Positions 35,694-48,799 of a DNA stretch of 64,000 nucleotides are shown here, piece by piece. The notes beneath the pieces were generated by a model that was not told where the DNA came from, made no database searches, and worked only from the letters and a program-made list of their open reading frames with translations. How positions within the stretch are numbered: the first letter of the stretch is position 1; each line of letters opens with the position of its first letter. The position numbers were made by a program, and so were the translations under genes. This DNA comes from Psammoneis japonica (Eukaryota), in NCBI GenBank assembly GCA_008632985.1, contig QPGO01000019.1, forward strand, positions 310,001 through 374,000, read 5' to 3'.

Positions 35694-36549
35694 GTGTGCT
35701 TGTCTATATTCCACAATAGTATGAAAATAATGATATAGAATCAAGAGAGAGGCAAAACAACTTGAATGCCTGTATTGCTCTATAATGCTTTCAACAGAGA
35801 CAATAGAGGTACGTAGCCAAGGATTTATAAGTCTATCAGGATGTACCGGTACAAGCTGCGTAGAACGCGTGTTGCCAACCGCGGTCACACGTCCCTAAGT
35901 AATCTTGACGGTGCGAACTCCGCCGTTAAAGTATATTAAATATATTCGTGTTATACATTTTTTATCGCCGTCTGTTATCCCCCCTCCATCACGTTTCGCA
36001 CCCGTCTGTCTTCCCCCCTCCATCACGTTTCGTCTTCAAGGTATGTATTATAAAAGTATATTTATATTTATAAGAGCAAGGTTCTTTCCGTCAGAAGCCC
36101 AACGTAGACCTACGTAATACTCAGTACAAAAAATAACGGTGTTCGTACCACGCATGGCAACAGGCTCGCACGTAGATTTGTACCGGAGCTTGTACATCCT
36201 GAGAGACTTATAAATCCTTGTACTTGGCGGCGTTGAGAGTGGAACGATCGTTTGGTCTTGGCGCCAGCAAACCAGGCCTGCGGGGAGCATTGACCACTTG
36301 TCTTTCTTTGTGGGTGTGGGTGTGTGCCGTTGCATGCTGTATTGTCTGTACGTACGTAGGGGCGGCTGAGTGGCGTGGCCACCGCACCGGTGACGCGGAT
36401 GACCGTTATATTTGATGTCTCATGCCATTTTTGGGGCTGTAGCGAGGTGCACGGACACTCTTTTTTTTCCAATTTATCGCCATAATAGCGCATCGCACAA
36501 ACTCACTTATTGTTCGATATGTTTTCCCAAATATGACTGGGCGATCCAG

Positions 36550-37600
36550 AAAACTTCGAAGACTTCGAAAGATTCCATATTCCATGACATTTCTGCAAAT
36601 TATTCTACGTGCAGAGCTCGTAGGTTGTTGGTACTTTATAAACAAGGGGCAATAGATAAAAGTTCGAACAAATATGTTGTGTGTTCGAAGCTTTCGAATA
36701 TTGTTCGAAGTGTTCGAAGTTTTGTCGCAAAAATATTGCCCTCCAAAGATTTTGATTTGAGTCACTTATTCTTCGAACTTTTCATATTGCCCTTTTGGTC
36801 ACTTCGAACTTATTCGAACAAAGTTCGAACTTATTCGAACAAGTTCGAAGTGTTCGAACAAGTTGAATTTTAATTATTTATTTAGTCATTTACACATCAT
36901 TACGAATTGACAACCACCGATTTTTGGCACGCGACACCACCACGATGACACGTTCCGTCGAACGAGTTCGGGCCCACCCGGAACAGTTACCAAGCCATTT
37001 GGGTACAGCTATGTCAATGAGGTACTTGCGGATCATATATGTCTCATTGGATTGGCAATTCTTCGTGGTTGACAAATGAACGACGGCAAAGGATTCACGT
37101 GTTGTTTTGTCGTGCTTTGGCGCAGAAAACCTGCGCAGGCCTGCTCTGAGCCACAAGCGCGCGCAACAAGCTTGTAGCACATCATCTCATAGCTGCCTGC
37201 ACTTGTCGCTTCGATTGTATGCACCGTATCTCATCATCTCATTGACACCGGCAGATGCTCGAGACTCGAGCAGAAGAGAGCACAAAACAACAACGTGAGA
37301 TGTCATGCCGGTGCCGCATCGCGCGTGTTGCACCACCAGCAGCACGCACATCATTCGGCTGCAGATGTCATCATGACATTGTCATTTGTCTCCCTGCCTT
37401 GCTTTTATTTATGAATTATAAACTTCGAACTTCGAACAACTTCGAACACTTCGAACTTTCTTTGGGGCAGCACAAAGGGCAACAGAGAAAGAAATTTCAC
37501 AATGTTTGAAGCTTTTGTCCATCCTGCACGAGGTCCACGTAGAGACACATTGACAGGAATTAGGAATCTCTCAAATGTTTTTCGAAACTTCGAAGTTTCC
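36550..37600. repeat. Two clusters of TTCGAA palindrome repeats in opposite orientation
   Basis: GTTCGAAGTGTTCGAAGTTT at ~36703, TTCGAACTTATTCGAACAA twice at ~36803-36860, and AACTTCGAACTTCGAACAACTTCGAACACTTCGAAC at ~37421-37456. Confidence 0.8.
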
Positions 37601-37965
37601 TGGATCGCCCTGTTTCGTGTAGAGTTCACGACCAATTGTCTTTGTTCACAACTGAGTGCATTTTTCAACATGCCACGCCGGCAATCCCAATTTTACAGCA
37701 CTTTCGAGCTCTCCTGAAAAACCGTGCCACGCACCCGTCGCAGGGAATTTGTCGATTTTTTAGGATGTCCCCACGACCTCTCATGTCCTCAATGATCATT
37801 CTGCGAATCCGAAGAATTCATCTGTGCTGAACAACCCACCCCGTTCCAAAATCCGAGGGACACACTTTCCGACCCCCCGACCCCCCGACTGCCCGACTGC
37901 CCGACTGCCCAACTGCCGGACCGACATGAAAAAGTCTGCAATCACCAACCACTGAGTGGTCAATG

Positions 37966-40900
37966 AAAACCCGGGTGTGGCACCCGGGTTTTCACATTGG
38001 CGACAGCCGTTAGACCAAAAAAACAAATGTGCATTGACAACGGACTAAATCCCTTTTAGCCCTCTCTTCATCACTGTTGATCCATGGCGCGCGCAGCAGC
38101 AACCGCCACAAACCGATTGCCAGCTGCTGTGCCAAAGATTGTGGGCGCCACACCCCAGTTTCTGGGGCGATTGTCCTGGGTTTTCGTGCGCGATCTGTGC
38201 GCCGTAACCTGCCGGCATGTTTGTACGAAAAAATGAGCGGCAGTGCAGCATCAAGCTCGGCATGAAACGAACGTTGCTGCTGCAACAACAAAAGACGAAT
38301 TGAAGAAGAGTGCTGTGGCGGCGCTTTTCAACCAAGGTGCTGTTGATGCAGCGGCGGTGGCTGGACCAAGCTTGCCATCTTGTGTGAGACGAGTTGGCCG
38401 TGATGAACCATCTGGTGAGCTCAATCTAGAAGAAGCGCTGGAGGAGGCCAATGAAGAAGGTGATGGAGGTGACTCCGATGAGGAGCATGAAATTGCCGAC
38501 ACGCACGATGACACAAGGGCTGACGCCTTTGCTGATCGGCAAAGAGCCGTGGTCAATGGCGAGTCTGATGAACAGACAGTTGAAGTGAATGACACCACTT
38601 CGTTGCTGCTTCACCGCGGGGATGTCGAGCACCCCCACAATCTTCACATCCCAGTGCCGCCAACTGACTGGGTTCCTTCAGCTCAAAAGGTGCAACAAGG
38701 CGAGCCTGAGTTCACGGATGCAGACAATCCAGGCGGCTGGAGTCAGTTCACCTTCCGCCCTGAATTTGATGCCAAGGGCGCCAAACAATGCTTGCGCCAT
38801 TTGCTCCCAACAGGTGCCGCTCCTGTTCCCGAAGATGAAGAAGGGAGACGTCTGGTCAACAATTGGGAATTTTTTTGTGATGGGTGGACACGTGAAAGAT
38901 CATCCCATTTTGTTCCTGATGATGCTGGAGTGACGCCATCCCTGTCAAACAGGAGTGGAGCATCAAAGGACAATCTGTTCCCAGAATGCAGGAAGGGCCA
39001 CTTGGATCTGGCAATGCTGAAAGCGCTTGGCATGACGAAGGAAGGAATCAGCAATCATGATGCTCTCTTTTTTTATCAGTTGATTTTACCAGTTTGCGAC
39101 ATTTCAAAGTCGGGTGTCGACAATGATCCACGAAAGCCGTTTTACACAGAGGTTGAAAGGTTCTCTAACTTGCACGCTTTGAGAGACCCAAATCTGTTCA
39201 GCTCGCATGGGCACAGTGCCAACATGGTTGCTGCAACAGAGTTGGTGCATTTTGATGGTGGTGTGGTGGTTCGTGATGGGGTGAGAGGTGGCAGTGATGG
39301 CGCCATTCATCGACGGTGGCAGAGCGGATCAGACTGTGATTCAACAATGTCAACGGCGATGCACCACACCCGCTGGCTCCAAATGAAGCATCTGATCAAG
39401 CTTTGCGACAACAGTGCGGCGCCACAACGTGGAGAGGATGGGTGTGACCCAGCACGCAAGCATTCCATGCTGTGTGATGTCATCACACACAATGTGAATG
39501 CGATCACTGGAGTTGAAGACCTCGACATTTGTGGTGACGAAACAACGTGGGGGCGTGCAGGTTACGGAGAGGCTGGCAGCGGATTGACTGGTAGAATCGC
39601 TGGGAAGCCGGGCATCACAAAGGGGGGGCAAACAGTCATTGTCAGTGACGTGCACCGCATTCGACCGCAAGCGTGTCTACATCGTCACAAGCTTCATCTG
39701 AAGCCTCAAGGTTGGGGAGCAATGGGCCCGCTTGAAGTGCGAATGATGATGGAGCAAACAGCACCCATGGTGCAAACTGTCGGGAGCAATGATGATGATG
39801 GAGGGCCGAAGAAGATGTTCATGGGCAAGCCTCATGGCACTTGGGACAACTGCTTCTCAGGCGACCAGATTGTGGACTGGCTTGGCCAAAATGGATTTTC
39901 TGCAACTGTGACATGTCGTTGAGATCGCCTCCCATCCGGAATCTCTGCAAAGCATTTTCACAAGAAGGCGACGCGGGTGGATGACAGGTCACGCAGTGAA
40001 GACGGTCCCCAGATCGGATGCGAACAGGGAGTGCCAACGGCTTCATTGTTCATTTCAATCTACCTCCTCCTGCAACATTGCAACGGTGAACGCTCTCAAC
40101 AAATGCTCAAAATTTGCAACACATCGTGAACAAGGCCAGGGAAGAAGCAAGCGCCATTGGGGCATTGAAATGAACGAAGCAAGAATGACGCACCTCAGCA
40201 CCTGCTCACGAATTGATTCTGTTGATCATTTGATGAAGAATGCACACATGTTTTGTCGATCGTGGAAGTGCTGGCACTCAGCAATGCTGCATGGTAAGAA
40301 GCTTGCCGCAACAGTCGTGTGTGACATCTGTCTTGAATGTTGTGAAGGGAATGTCGATCCTGAGTGGCGCGATGACAATCCCACATCATTCTGGTCGTTT
40401 CGAGACAGGTGTTTGGAGCAAATGTTGGAGTGCAAGCCGGAGCGTCGCATGTGTCCTGGAGACTCAGCAATGAGAGTGTCAACCCAACAAAACCAGCAAC
40501 GCCATGACCGTTCGGTCGACAGCGCACCTCGCTTGACTGCCACAACGGGTGAGGTCGTCACAACAACTCAATGCCGGGAGGCAAAACGTGGTGGCCATTC
40601 ATCCCGCTTGTGTGGTGACCTGACACAATTGCGGAGGCACATTGATGGAGTGGAGACGGGTTTGAAGCACCCGTGTCTTTGTGTTTGGTGTGGCAAAGAT
40701 GCACACACGCGATGCAACGTCTGTGGGAAATTCGTGCATTGTTCAGCGTCCCACCATGGGAAACATGGTGATGAGAATTGTTTTTTTCTCTGCCATGATG
40801 AAGGATTGTTTGGTCTTGCACGAGATGACACCAAACTTTTTGTTTGCAAGCGCAAGTCAGATTGGAAAGAGCCGTCGCAAGCAAGAAAGCGGGTGAACGC

Positions 40901-41285
40901 GACTCACATTCAAGACATTCGTCAAGGATGCAGCAACCCTGAATGGCAAGTGTCTGGTTAATTGGCATCACACATAAATCACATTTCTGTCAAACTGCTG
41001 CTGGCAAAGCAGAAAAATGAGCATGACTGATGCATTGACAAAGCAACAATGCCGGGTGCAGGAACCACAATTTTGATGTGGGCGTTGCACCCGCATGAAC
41101 AAACCGGGTGTGGCACCCTCTTTTCAAATGAGGGCACCACACCCACATTAAAAACCCGGGTGTGACACCTGCTTTTCAAGTCGGTGCACCACACCCGCAT
41201 AAAAAACCCGGGTGTGACACCCGCTTTTCAAGTGGGTGCACCACACCCACGTGAAAAAAACCGGGTGCAGCGCCCTGGGTTTTGG
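37966..41285 (+). mobile_element. piggyBac-like DDE DNA transposon with imperfect terminal inverted repeats; transposase pseudogene ~38084-40961
   Basis: RWLQMKHLIKLCDN, GCDPARKH, DICGDETTWG, TWDNCFSG, IDSVDH and C-terminal CVWCGK..CNVCGK.VHC...CF..CHD; in-frame TGA at ~38234 and 39920. Left AAAACCCGGGTGTGGCACCCGGGTTTTCAC resembles the reverse complement of 41250-41284; ~50-bp subterminal repeats at 41095-41280. Confidence 0.75.
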
Positions 41286-42059
41286 CACCAAGACTAAACG
41301 ATGAGAGCAGGTCACAAAATGCGTCTGCTTCATGTCTTTTGTGTGTGGGATTTGCATCGTCATTGGTTGTTGGAGAAACGCGGAGGAGGCTTGTAGAATT
41401 TGTGCACATTTCTGCACAACACCCCAAAATAAATTGCATGTCCATCCGGCCGTTGGACATTCGTGCCGGCATGTGGGTCAGCCGATGCGTTGGCCGGGCA
41501 AAGCACAGACAGAATGTGTGCATCATGGGGCGGGGCGGGGGGTCCAAACAAACACAAACATCATGTTGTGCCAGCACCTTTTTAAGTTTTTGTAATGGAA
41601 ACAAAAGGAGGAATCACACACTGAAAACAAAAAGAGGAGAAAGGACAGGAGGGAGGGAGATGCGCACCTGCCAGGAGAGGAGCGAGAGAGCACACTTGGG
41701 AGCCCGGCATGGCGGAGTTCTTTTGCTCGTGCCATTTACAAAAAGAAGGGGGGGGGGGGGGGGGGGGCAGAGGATGTGCACAGAGAGTTGTGGAGAGGCA
41801 AACAATGAAAATTTCAAACAGGTTTTCCAAACAATGAGAAGCAAAAACCCTCAAAAACTCTCAAACAAGCGATGCAGCGCACCACTGTTGTTGCCAGCAC
41901 ACACACACACAAGACAGCAGCAGAGAAAACACTGGGGTGGAAAAAGAAGGGGGGGGTTGGGGGGGGGGGGACAAACAGTGGTGCAGGAGGGTGCTGCACA
42001 GAGACTTGCGCACACCATCCATGACACTGTGTTGGTCTTGTTGTCACATGCGCAAGACT

Positions 42060-42900
42060 CTGTTCCAGTTTTTGCAAGAAGAAATCTTCCTCATCTCTCT
42101 GCCAAAGTCTCCCCGCTGGAGGACAACAAGGAGGTTCCAGACCTGGGAGCAGCCCCAGTGCTTGCTGAGAATGTCAGCCAGGTTGTGGGGACCTTTGATG
42201 AAATGAAACTGGAGGCAATTGCCTTGCACACATGGTGGAATGAGAGGGCGGTGTGTTGCTTGTGCAACTTGGAGTGTGAGGGATTGTGGCACTGTCCACA
42301 ACCAACTTGTTGTCCCCAAACACACAACATTTTTCATGAGTGGGGGTGCCAAGGTGATGCAGAGTGATTTTCAGATCAATGATCTGCTCAACGCATGTCC
42401 TTGTGGCAAAACAAACTCAGATCCATGCATTGCAGTCTCAACTGTTGCTTGTTTCTTGGAGAACCAATTGGCTGGAAACTTGTTGAGGAAATGAAGGATG
42501 CCAGTGACAGAGCATCTGACAAGCATGCAATCATGGAACAAGTTTGCATCAACGCAGTGAGTTGTGGTGACAAACTTGCCAAGTGGCTTGGGCACATCTT
42601 GTGGGAGCAGCTCTTCTACCTCCCTGCACATGGATTGGGCCCAGTCACACCACACGGGCTTGGGAAGGTCCAAATGGTCGGGTCACTTGGTGCTCACTCG
42701 GAGGGCACCATGTCGCATCTTGGACAGGAATCTGCAGACATGTTTTGCATGGTCTGGATGGCCTTGACGGGGTGCTGCATGGAAGCCAGACAGGGACATG
42801 ATGGCCGCAGTGATGTCAACATGGCCAAGGGACACAGCCCACTGCAGGGAGCCAATCAAGGATTGGAGCTGGTGGATGCCATCTGGTCCAAGTGATTCGG
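42060..42900 (-). mobile_element. Older copia RT/RNase H fragment related to the 23431-30567 element
   Basis: PKPLGKFVTTTHCVDANLFHD...RCSVTGILHFLNKFPANWFSKKQATVETAMHGSEFV, HSKLHKQHTALSFHHV and NLADILSKHWGCSQVW. Confidence 0.85.
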
Positions 42901-45450
42901 AGGTGTCAAGCTCAGGGCTGTCTCCTCATTTTGTGATGCATTCTGGGCGCAGGTGGGAATCCGTGTGACACGCGATGCAAACCATTTTTGCCACAAGCAG
43001 CATGTCATGCACGTGCACATTTCTGAGTGTGCTCTTCCACAGAATTGTTTCATGCCACATGTTTTGCAAAACCAGAGGTTTTCTGTTTTTTTTGTCCAGT
43101 TTTGTAAGAGAACAAAAATGAGCCAGCTGCACTCTTCAGTGTCTGAAGAGCGCAGCTGGGCAAACAAGAAATGGCACAGATTTCAAGCACACATGAGTTT
43201 GAGCATTCAAAAAATTGCCTCTTTTTCTGTTTGCAGTCATCACCACATTCATTGCCTGCCAATTTTGCTGCAGAACTCACACATGCAGAATTCTGTGACC
43301 CAGTGTCATGCACAGATCCCCCCACCTGTGGCTGGAGAGCACACCAGGATGGATCCAGCTGGAGAGCCACTCTGCCCAATGACAAATGTTGAATTTGAAC
43401 TGTGCCACACCCAGCGCATCCATGTCAGACAGAAGCAAGACATGGCCCACAGTGAACATGCTGATCAGTGCACATGTGGTGCACATGATGCAGCGGTGCT
43501 CTCATGATGAGATGCACACATGTGGGCTGACTGTGGGACACTCTCCACCATGAGCCCACATGTTTGTTTGACCACATCACGTGCCCTTCACACACCACCA
43601 GTTCACCACAAAAATTCTCACAGAGCTGGAATGGACAGCACACCAGAGGGGGGAGGTCATGCTGTGTGAGCACTGCGTGTCAAAGTGGAGTTCCAGAAGT
43701 GGCCAAACCCTCTGCAACACCACCAAGGCATTCCACACAAAACACAAATGAGGTGCCAATCACATGATGGTTGTTTGTGCCATCTTGTCAATGCCACAGA
43801 CTTTGACACTGCACAACAAGAACAACTGTTGTCAAAAAACTTGTCACAGAAGAAGTGAGCCATGGCACTGCTTGGAGTGGAAAAAATTGGTGGCCACTTC
43901 ACTCAACTTTGTGTCTGAGACTGAACAAGTGTGCAAAATCATTCACTTTTTTGTCATTGGTTGTTGTCATGTGCTCCACTCTGTTGCACCTTGAAAGCAA
44001 TGGCAAGGAAATGTGTTCGTCTTTTTGTCATCATTTTGTCGCAGCAGCACTGTCTTTCTTGCAGCTGATCTGTCATTTTGGCATTTGTCACAAAATGGCT
44101 TTTTGCAAAAAACAGCATGCTTGCCAACAGACTCCAAAAGCTTTTTCTTGTTGTCATCCAGGTTCTCCCAGTCTGCTCACCAAAACCTTGTGACGCCATT
44201 GTTTGTTGGTGTGTCTGTGCAAGAGAGTTGGCAGGGTTGGACCACATCTCTGAGGTTTGAGGTGCACGCAGCCCGCAGCCAGTCTGGGGCCTCATTCACA
44301 GTTGGGTGGTGTCATGGTTTCCAGAGCTTCTTGGGGAAGATTTCTGCAAGCTGGTTGCAGCATTGGTTTTTTCACACAGAAGCAAGTTGCCAGCAACGTT
44401 GCTGTGACAGCAACAAAATTGCTGGAAATGCCTTTGTGATGGCAGCCACATGATTTTGCCATCTCATTCATTGTGAGAGTGCACAGTGAGACATGAATGC
44501 ACTGTTGAGCAGAGAGCCAAAAGTCAACAAGCCAAGGAAGGGGAAGCAGCAAGAGGAGGCATGGAGAGAGCTGCAGGGGTGGGAGCAAAGAAGGGGCATG
44601 CAAAACAGCATGAAGGGTTTAAGAAGGGATGGGAGATGCATCAGTGCATGGCTTGGAGAGGAATTGGAGGACGTGGGCAGATGAGTGGTGAACAACATTG
44701 CAGCTGAGAGTTTGGTTGGCCCATTGAGATGGGGCAGAGGAGTGGTGAGAGGAGCCAAAGTGGTCAGCAGTGAGTCAACACCCCAGCCGAAGTCAGCTCA
44801 GGATAAAAGCACAGATGGCAAGGTGAGCACATGGGAAAAGGCAAAACAGGAAGGGCCAGAGCCTTGAAGAGCAGTGGCATCAGACCAAGGTGGCTTGAGC
44901 TGAGAGCAGTGGGTGGGAAAGGAAGTGCCAAAGAGGATGAAGCAATGGAAGAAGCAGCCAAGACCAGCCACCTGGGTGATCAACAGCAAAAGCAAAAAGG
45001 AAGACCCATCATCTTGTTTGAGGGATTGAATGGAGAGGGAGCTGCCGGAGAAGGGCAAAGTGGGTCCAAGAAACTTTGACCATGCACTTGCATGGTGTGC
45101 CTCAGTTGAAACTGGAGAAGAAGAAGCGCGCAGACTGGGAGGAGGGCGAGGGGAGTTTTGGGAATGGCTGCATCAACAGCGAGGATGCAGTGACACAACG
45201 ATGAGAAGGGGCAGCAACAGATGCAGGAGGAGGGATGGCAATGCCAATGTTGGCTGGGCGAAGAAGGGGGTGGGTTAAGAGAAGATTCGCAAGCTCGAGA
45301 CAAACATCGTTGGGCGTGTTGCACAGCTTGGCAATGTCACCCAAAGTTTGAGCAATGGTGAAGGCTGCAGCATCTCGGGTGCCACCCGTTCGATGGTTTG
45401 GATTTGTGATTGCCAGCACAGGTGAAGGCATGAGCCTGATGTGGCATTTT
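42900..45450. mobile_element. Unclassified degenerate repeat, TpA- and CpG-depleted; partly an inverted copy of ~52900-53340
   Basis: 43190-43300 (AAAATTGCCTCTTTTTCTGTT...TGCAGAACTCACAC..CAGAATTCTG) matches the reverse complement of 53070-53175. Confidence 0.65.
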
Positions 45451-46006
45451 GAGCTGTTTTACACACGGTGATGGACGGATGGCTGGAACGGAACGTCGAA
45501 CCTCTGTTGGACTGGACGGACCGATTCTATCTTTCTTCGCCATTGACCGACCGTCCGTCCTGCGTAGCGCGAGTGATTGTCGCGCAGAGTGCGCTCACGG
45601 ACGGACGGTGCAGAGTGCGCGCAGGGCTGAGCGGGGGGGGGGCTCACGCCAGGTGCATGACATTTCATGTGCAAGACCGCCATATTCTGTACGGCATGGC
45701 AATCTGGTGAGTGACTAAAAAACACTTGTGACCTGCATCTTTGGTCCATTTGTCCGTGTTCTTTTCTAGAGACATCAAGGGGGGACACAAATCATCCGCC
45801 CCGATCAGACCAAAGCGCCACGCGCCGCTTTTTCGAGGAGCGCGTACGTGACAGCTCTGTTCAGAGTCGTCACAACACACTGGACAACACGGCCGCACTG
45901 TACGCACAGTGCTGTAAAAAAGCGGAAACCAAACTTTCTCAACGACGCATTGTTGCCTTGGATCTTCGATTGTATCCGTCACACTTGCAATACCGCATCT
46001 CATTCA

Positions 46007-48457
46007 ATGATGGAAGACGACGGCAAGAAACGCAGTCACGTGGAGGACGGCGAAACAACCGGCGAAGAGACCGGTACGTAGAAATCAGCGTACATGCGTA
46101 CGATTTCTCCTGCATGATTAATGTGCTGAAAAGCTTTTGTCTCTTACTCCTAATTTGTAGAACCATCTTCAAAACAACAAAGAATTGAAATTTATCAGGA
46201 CGATGGACATCCGACCAGCTCGGACGACGACACCTTCATCGGAAACTCCGCGAGCGATGAAGAAGCGATCGAGAGATCCGAATCTGCCCCGAGTACTCCT
46301 ACCTTTGCGACCCCGACAACGGCTCCCGCAAACAGCAATCAAGAGTGGGTTCGCAAGCGACTTGAAGAGCTCTACGCAGAACAAGCAGCCCGTGCAGAAG
46401 AACTCAGAGCGTTGGAAGCGCAACTGACGAGGAGCCCGCATCATTTTCGGGATCGAGATGTGAAAACGGCATTTGAAGATCACATTGAAAAACACAAGAG
46501 GGACGGACCATGCGTCGCCTGCTGTGGAATGGTGGACGCAACGATCTCCTCATTTCCAGAAGATTATCCTGAATTTTTTCACTCGTTTTGTGAGAAAAAT
46601 AAGGAGGAAATCGATTTGGAAAAGGAGAAGTATGGGGAATTCTTTCCTGCGAACGTGAATCTGCTTATAGAAGATGACAATGAAAGCGACGCCCCCCAAA
46701 AGCTGTCCCTGATCAGAAAACAGGCGGCCGCATTGAAACTCGAAGTGACGGAAATAAAGAAGGAACTGAAGATCAAGAACGAAGTCTACTTTGACTTTAT
46801 GTACCTCAACTTTCTCCGCGTTTGCCTTGAGGCGCTTGGATTGTCCGTGAATTTTCGTGAAGTCGGTTTGAAGTCAAAAAAGATCCAAGATCGCATAACT
46901 GGTGCTACGAAACGCAGTGCTGATTTGGTTGGGTCCTGTGGATCGAGAAACCGCCTGATAGTTGAGAGTGCGATGGGAAGACACGCAGACGGGACGAAAG
47001 TCCTATCCAATTCGGCGAAGCTTGCAATGGAAATTGCAAACGAAGGGAAAAAGGAAGAAGGAAATCGTTTCCCTCTTGGGATACTCATGTATCAACAAAA
47101 GAAGAAACGGGGGGACGATATCGGCCTGTGTTGCTTTTCTGTAAGAACCTTGTGCTATTGCAGCAACGTTGCAACTTTGGTTGAACTTGACAAAATCGTT
47201 ACGCCATTCATGGATGTGCCGACAAATAACGTTTCTGTTGACGAGGATGAATTCCATGACGCTCTGAAGAAGATTCTGCAGATCGCGTTGGTTTGTGCTG
47301 CATCTTGTCTAAAGGACGACAAGAATAGTGGCATTAACCGAGATCTGATGGACGTGTTGCTACCCACCAATAATGACAGAGATGAAATCCCAGGAGGGAT
47401 TTTCAGGCCTGGGAGTAGTGCCGTTGTGCCCAACACAGCTAATAGGAATCCCTCTGGAGGCCGTGTTGGTGCAGAGGGAGCAGATTTGCATTCGAACTGC
47501 CCTTGCGCCTCATACGCGTTCTGCCACCGAATTGCGCTTTCGGACCTTTCATCTGTTGAAGAAGTTATTCACGTTTCGTCTCGGCAACGATATGTGCGAA
47601 AAGAAGACAAGGATGCGAGCGAAGGCTGCTTCAACTCATTCAACATTGAGGCCGCTATTGCAACGAGAATGAGGTCTTCGACCGATACGCTTGAGTGCAA
47701 GTCGCTTGTCCGCTTCGTTGACATGTGTTTGACTCACCGTCGGTTGTATATGGAAAAGCTAGTGCCTTGTGATTGGCATCATATTCGTTCCGATCCGAAT
47801 ATCTACTTCAATGCAGCGATCGATATTACGAAAGCTATCTGCGCTCTGCACCATGCAAATATGTCGCACAGTGATCTAAAGCCAGAGGCCGTCATGATTC
47901 GGCCGCGATCGATTCCAGACGATCACAAATGTGTAGATGAGCATGTGTTGTGTGACTTCAATCTTGGCACGGTGAATGCTGACGAGTTTCCGGCAAATAG
48001 GGTTCACTTTGGAACGACTGGATGGTCCCACCAAGGTTATTTCGGTCGTCAGCTCCCCGCAAAGATGAATGACTGCAGAAGTCTCGGTCTTCTTTTGGCA
48101 TACTGTTGCTCGGAAAACGTGGATGATCTAGTATGCTCTGAAGAAGAGCATTTTGGTGTGTCGAAGTCTTTTGAACGTCACGCATGCGACGCCAGTGCAA
48201 GTGTCGAGCAACGAGCGTTGCTACAAGTTGCGTTGGGTCTGTATCGGCAAGACCACAATGCTGCAGAAGCAGTAGATCTGTTGATCGAGGCGAAGCAAAG
48301 CCTGATAAATGGTAAGCACCGTCACCACGAAGTGCACTCCTTCACGAAAACGAAGGAATCTCCTTCCGTTTTTGATGGCAAGAAAACCACCTTAGGTGCT
48401 GTGGCTGGCGCAGCGTCGATGCCACTCAGAATGTTCGATCAAAATATTTTGAAGTAG
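46007..48457 (+). CDS. Two-exon gene with a central alpha/beta domain (possible restriction-endonuclease-like fold) and a divergent C-terminal protein kinase-like domain
   Basis: ATG 46007; intron GTACGT...TTTGTAG at ~46074-46160 joins in frame to ORF 46412-48457; LYMEKL, ALHHANMSHSDLKPEAVMI, VLCDFNLG, FGTTGW and NDCRSLG. Confidence 0.75.
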
Positions 48458-48799
48458 ATACCAGGTAGTTGTTTCGAAAGGCAGTTCTTATGTGGTCTGT
48501 TGAGACTCCCATAGAGAGTAAGAGTGTCACAGCTGCTCGAGTGGGGCTATTTCAAAAAACAGAATAGTCGTAATTTTTTTCTAATGCCTTTTGCTTGGAT
48601 TGCGGAACGATCTTGTCAAATCTCATTTTGTCCTTGCCGCAGTTACTCCTGACGCAGCATCGCTCGGGAAAGATGCAAGACAACTCACAAAACAGCACCG
48701 ACACAAGCACTGACAAGGGCTCAGTAAGCACTCTAGCGAGACTGCTTTCTGTCACCACAAGCTTGTTCATCCCACTGCTGCTGCCACGTCTTTTACCAC

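Noticed and set aside
41095..41280. CRISPR-like array (also considered for 36550-36870 and 7130-8350)
   Set aside because: No unique spacers, repeats are degenerate, the context is eukaryotic and there are no cas genes. Better explained as subterminal or tandem repeats.
45545..45610. Structured RNA from the CCGTCCGTCC...GGACGGACGG inverted repeat
   Set aside because: Short low-complexity stem with no family features.
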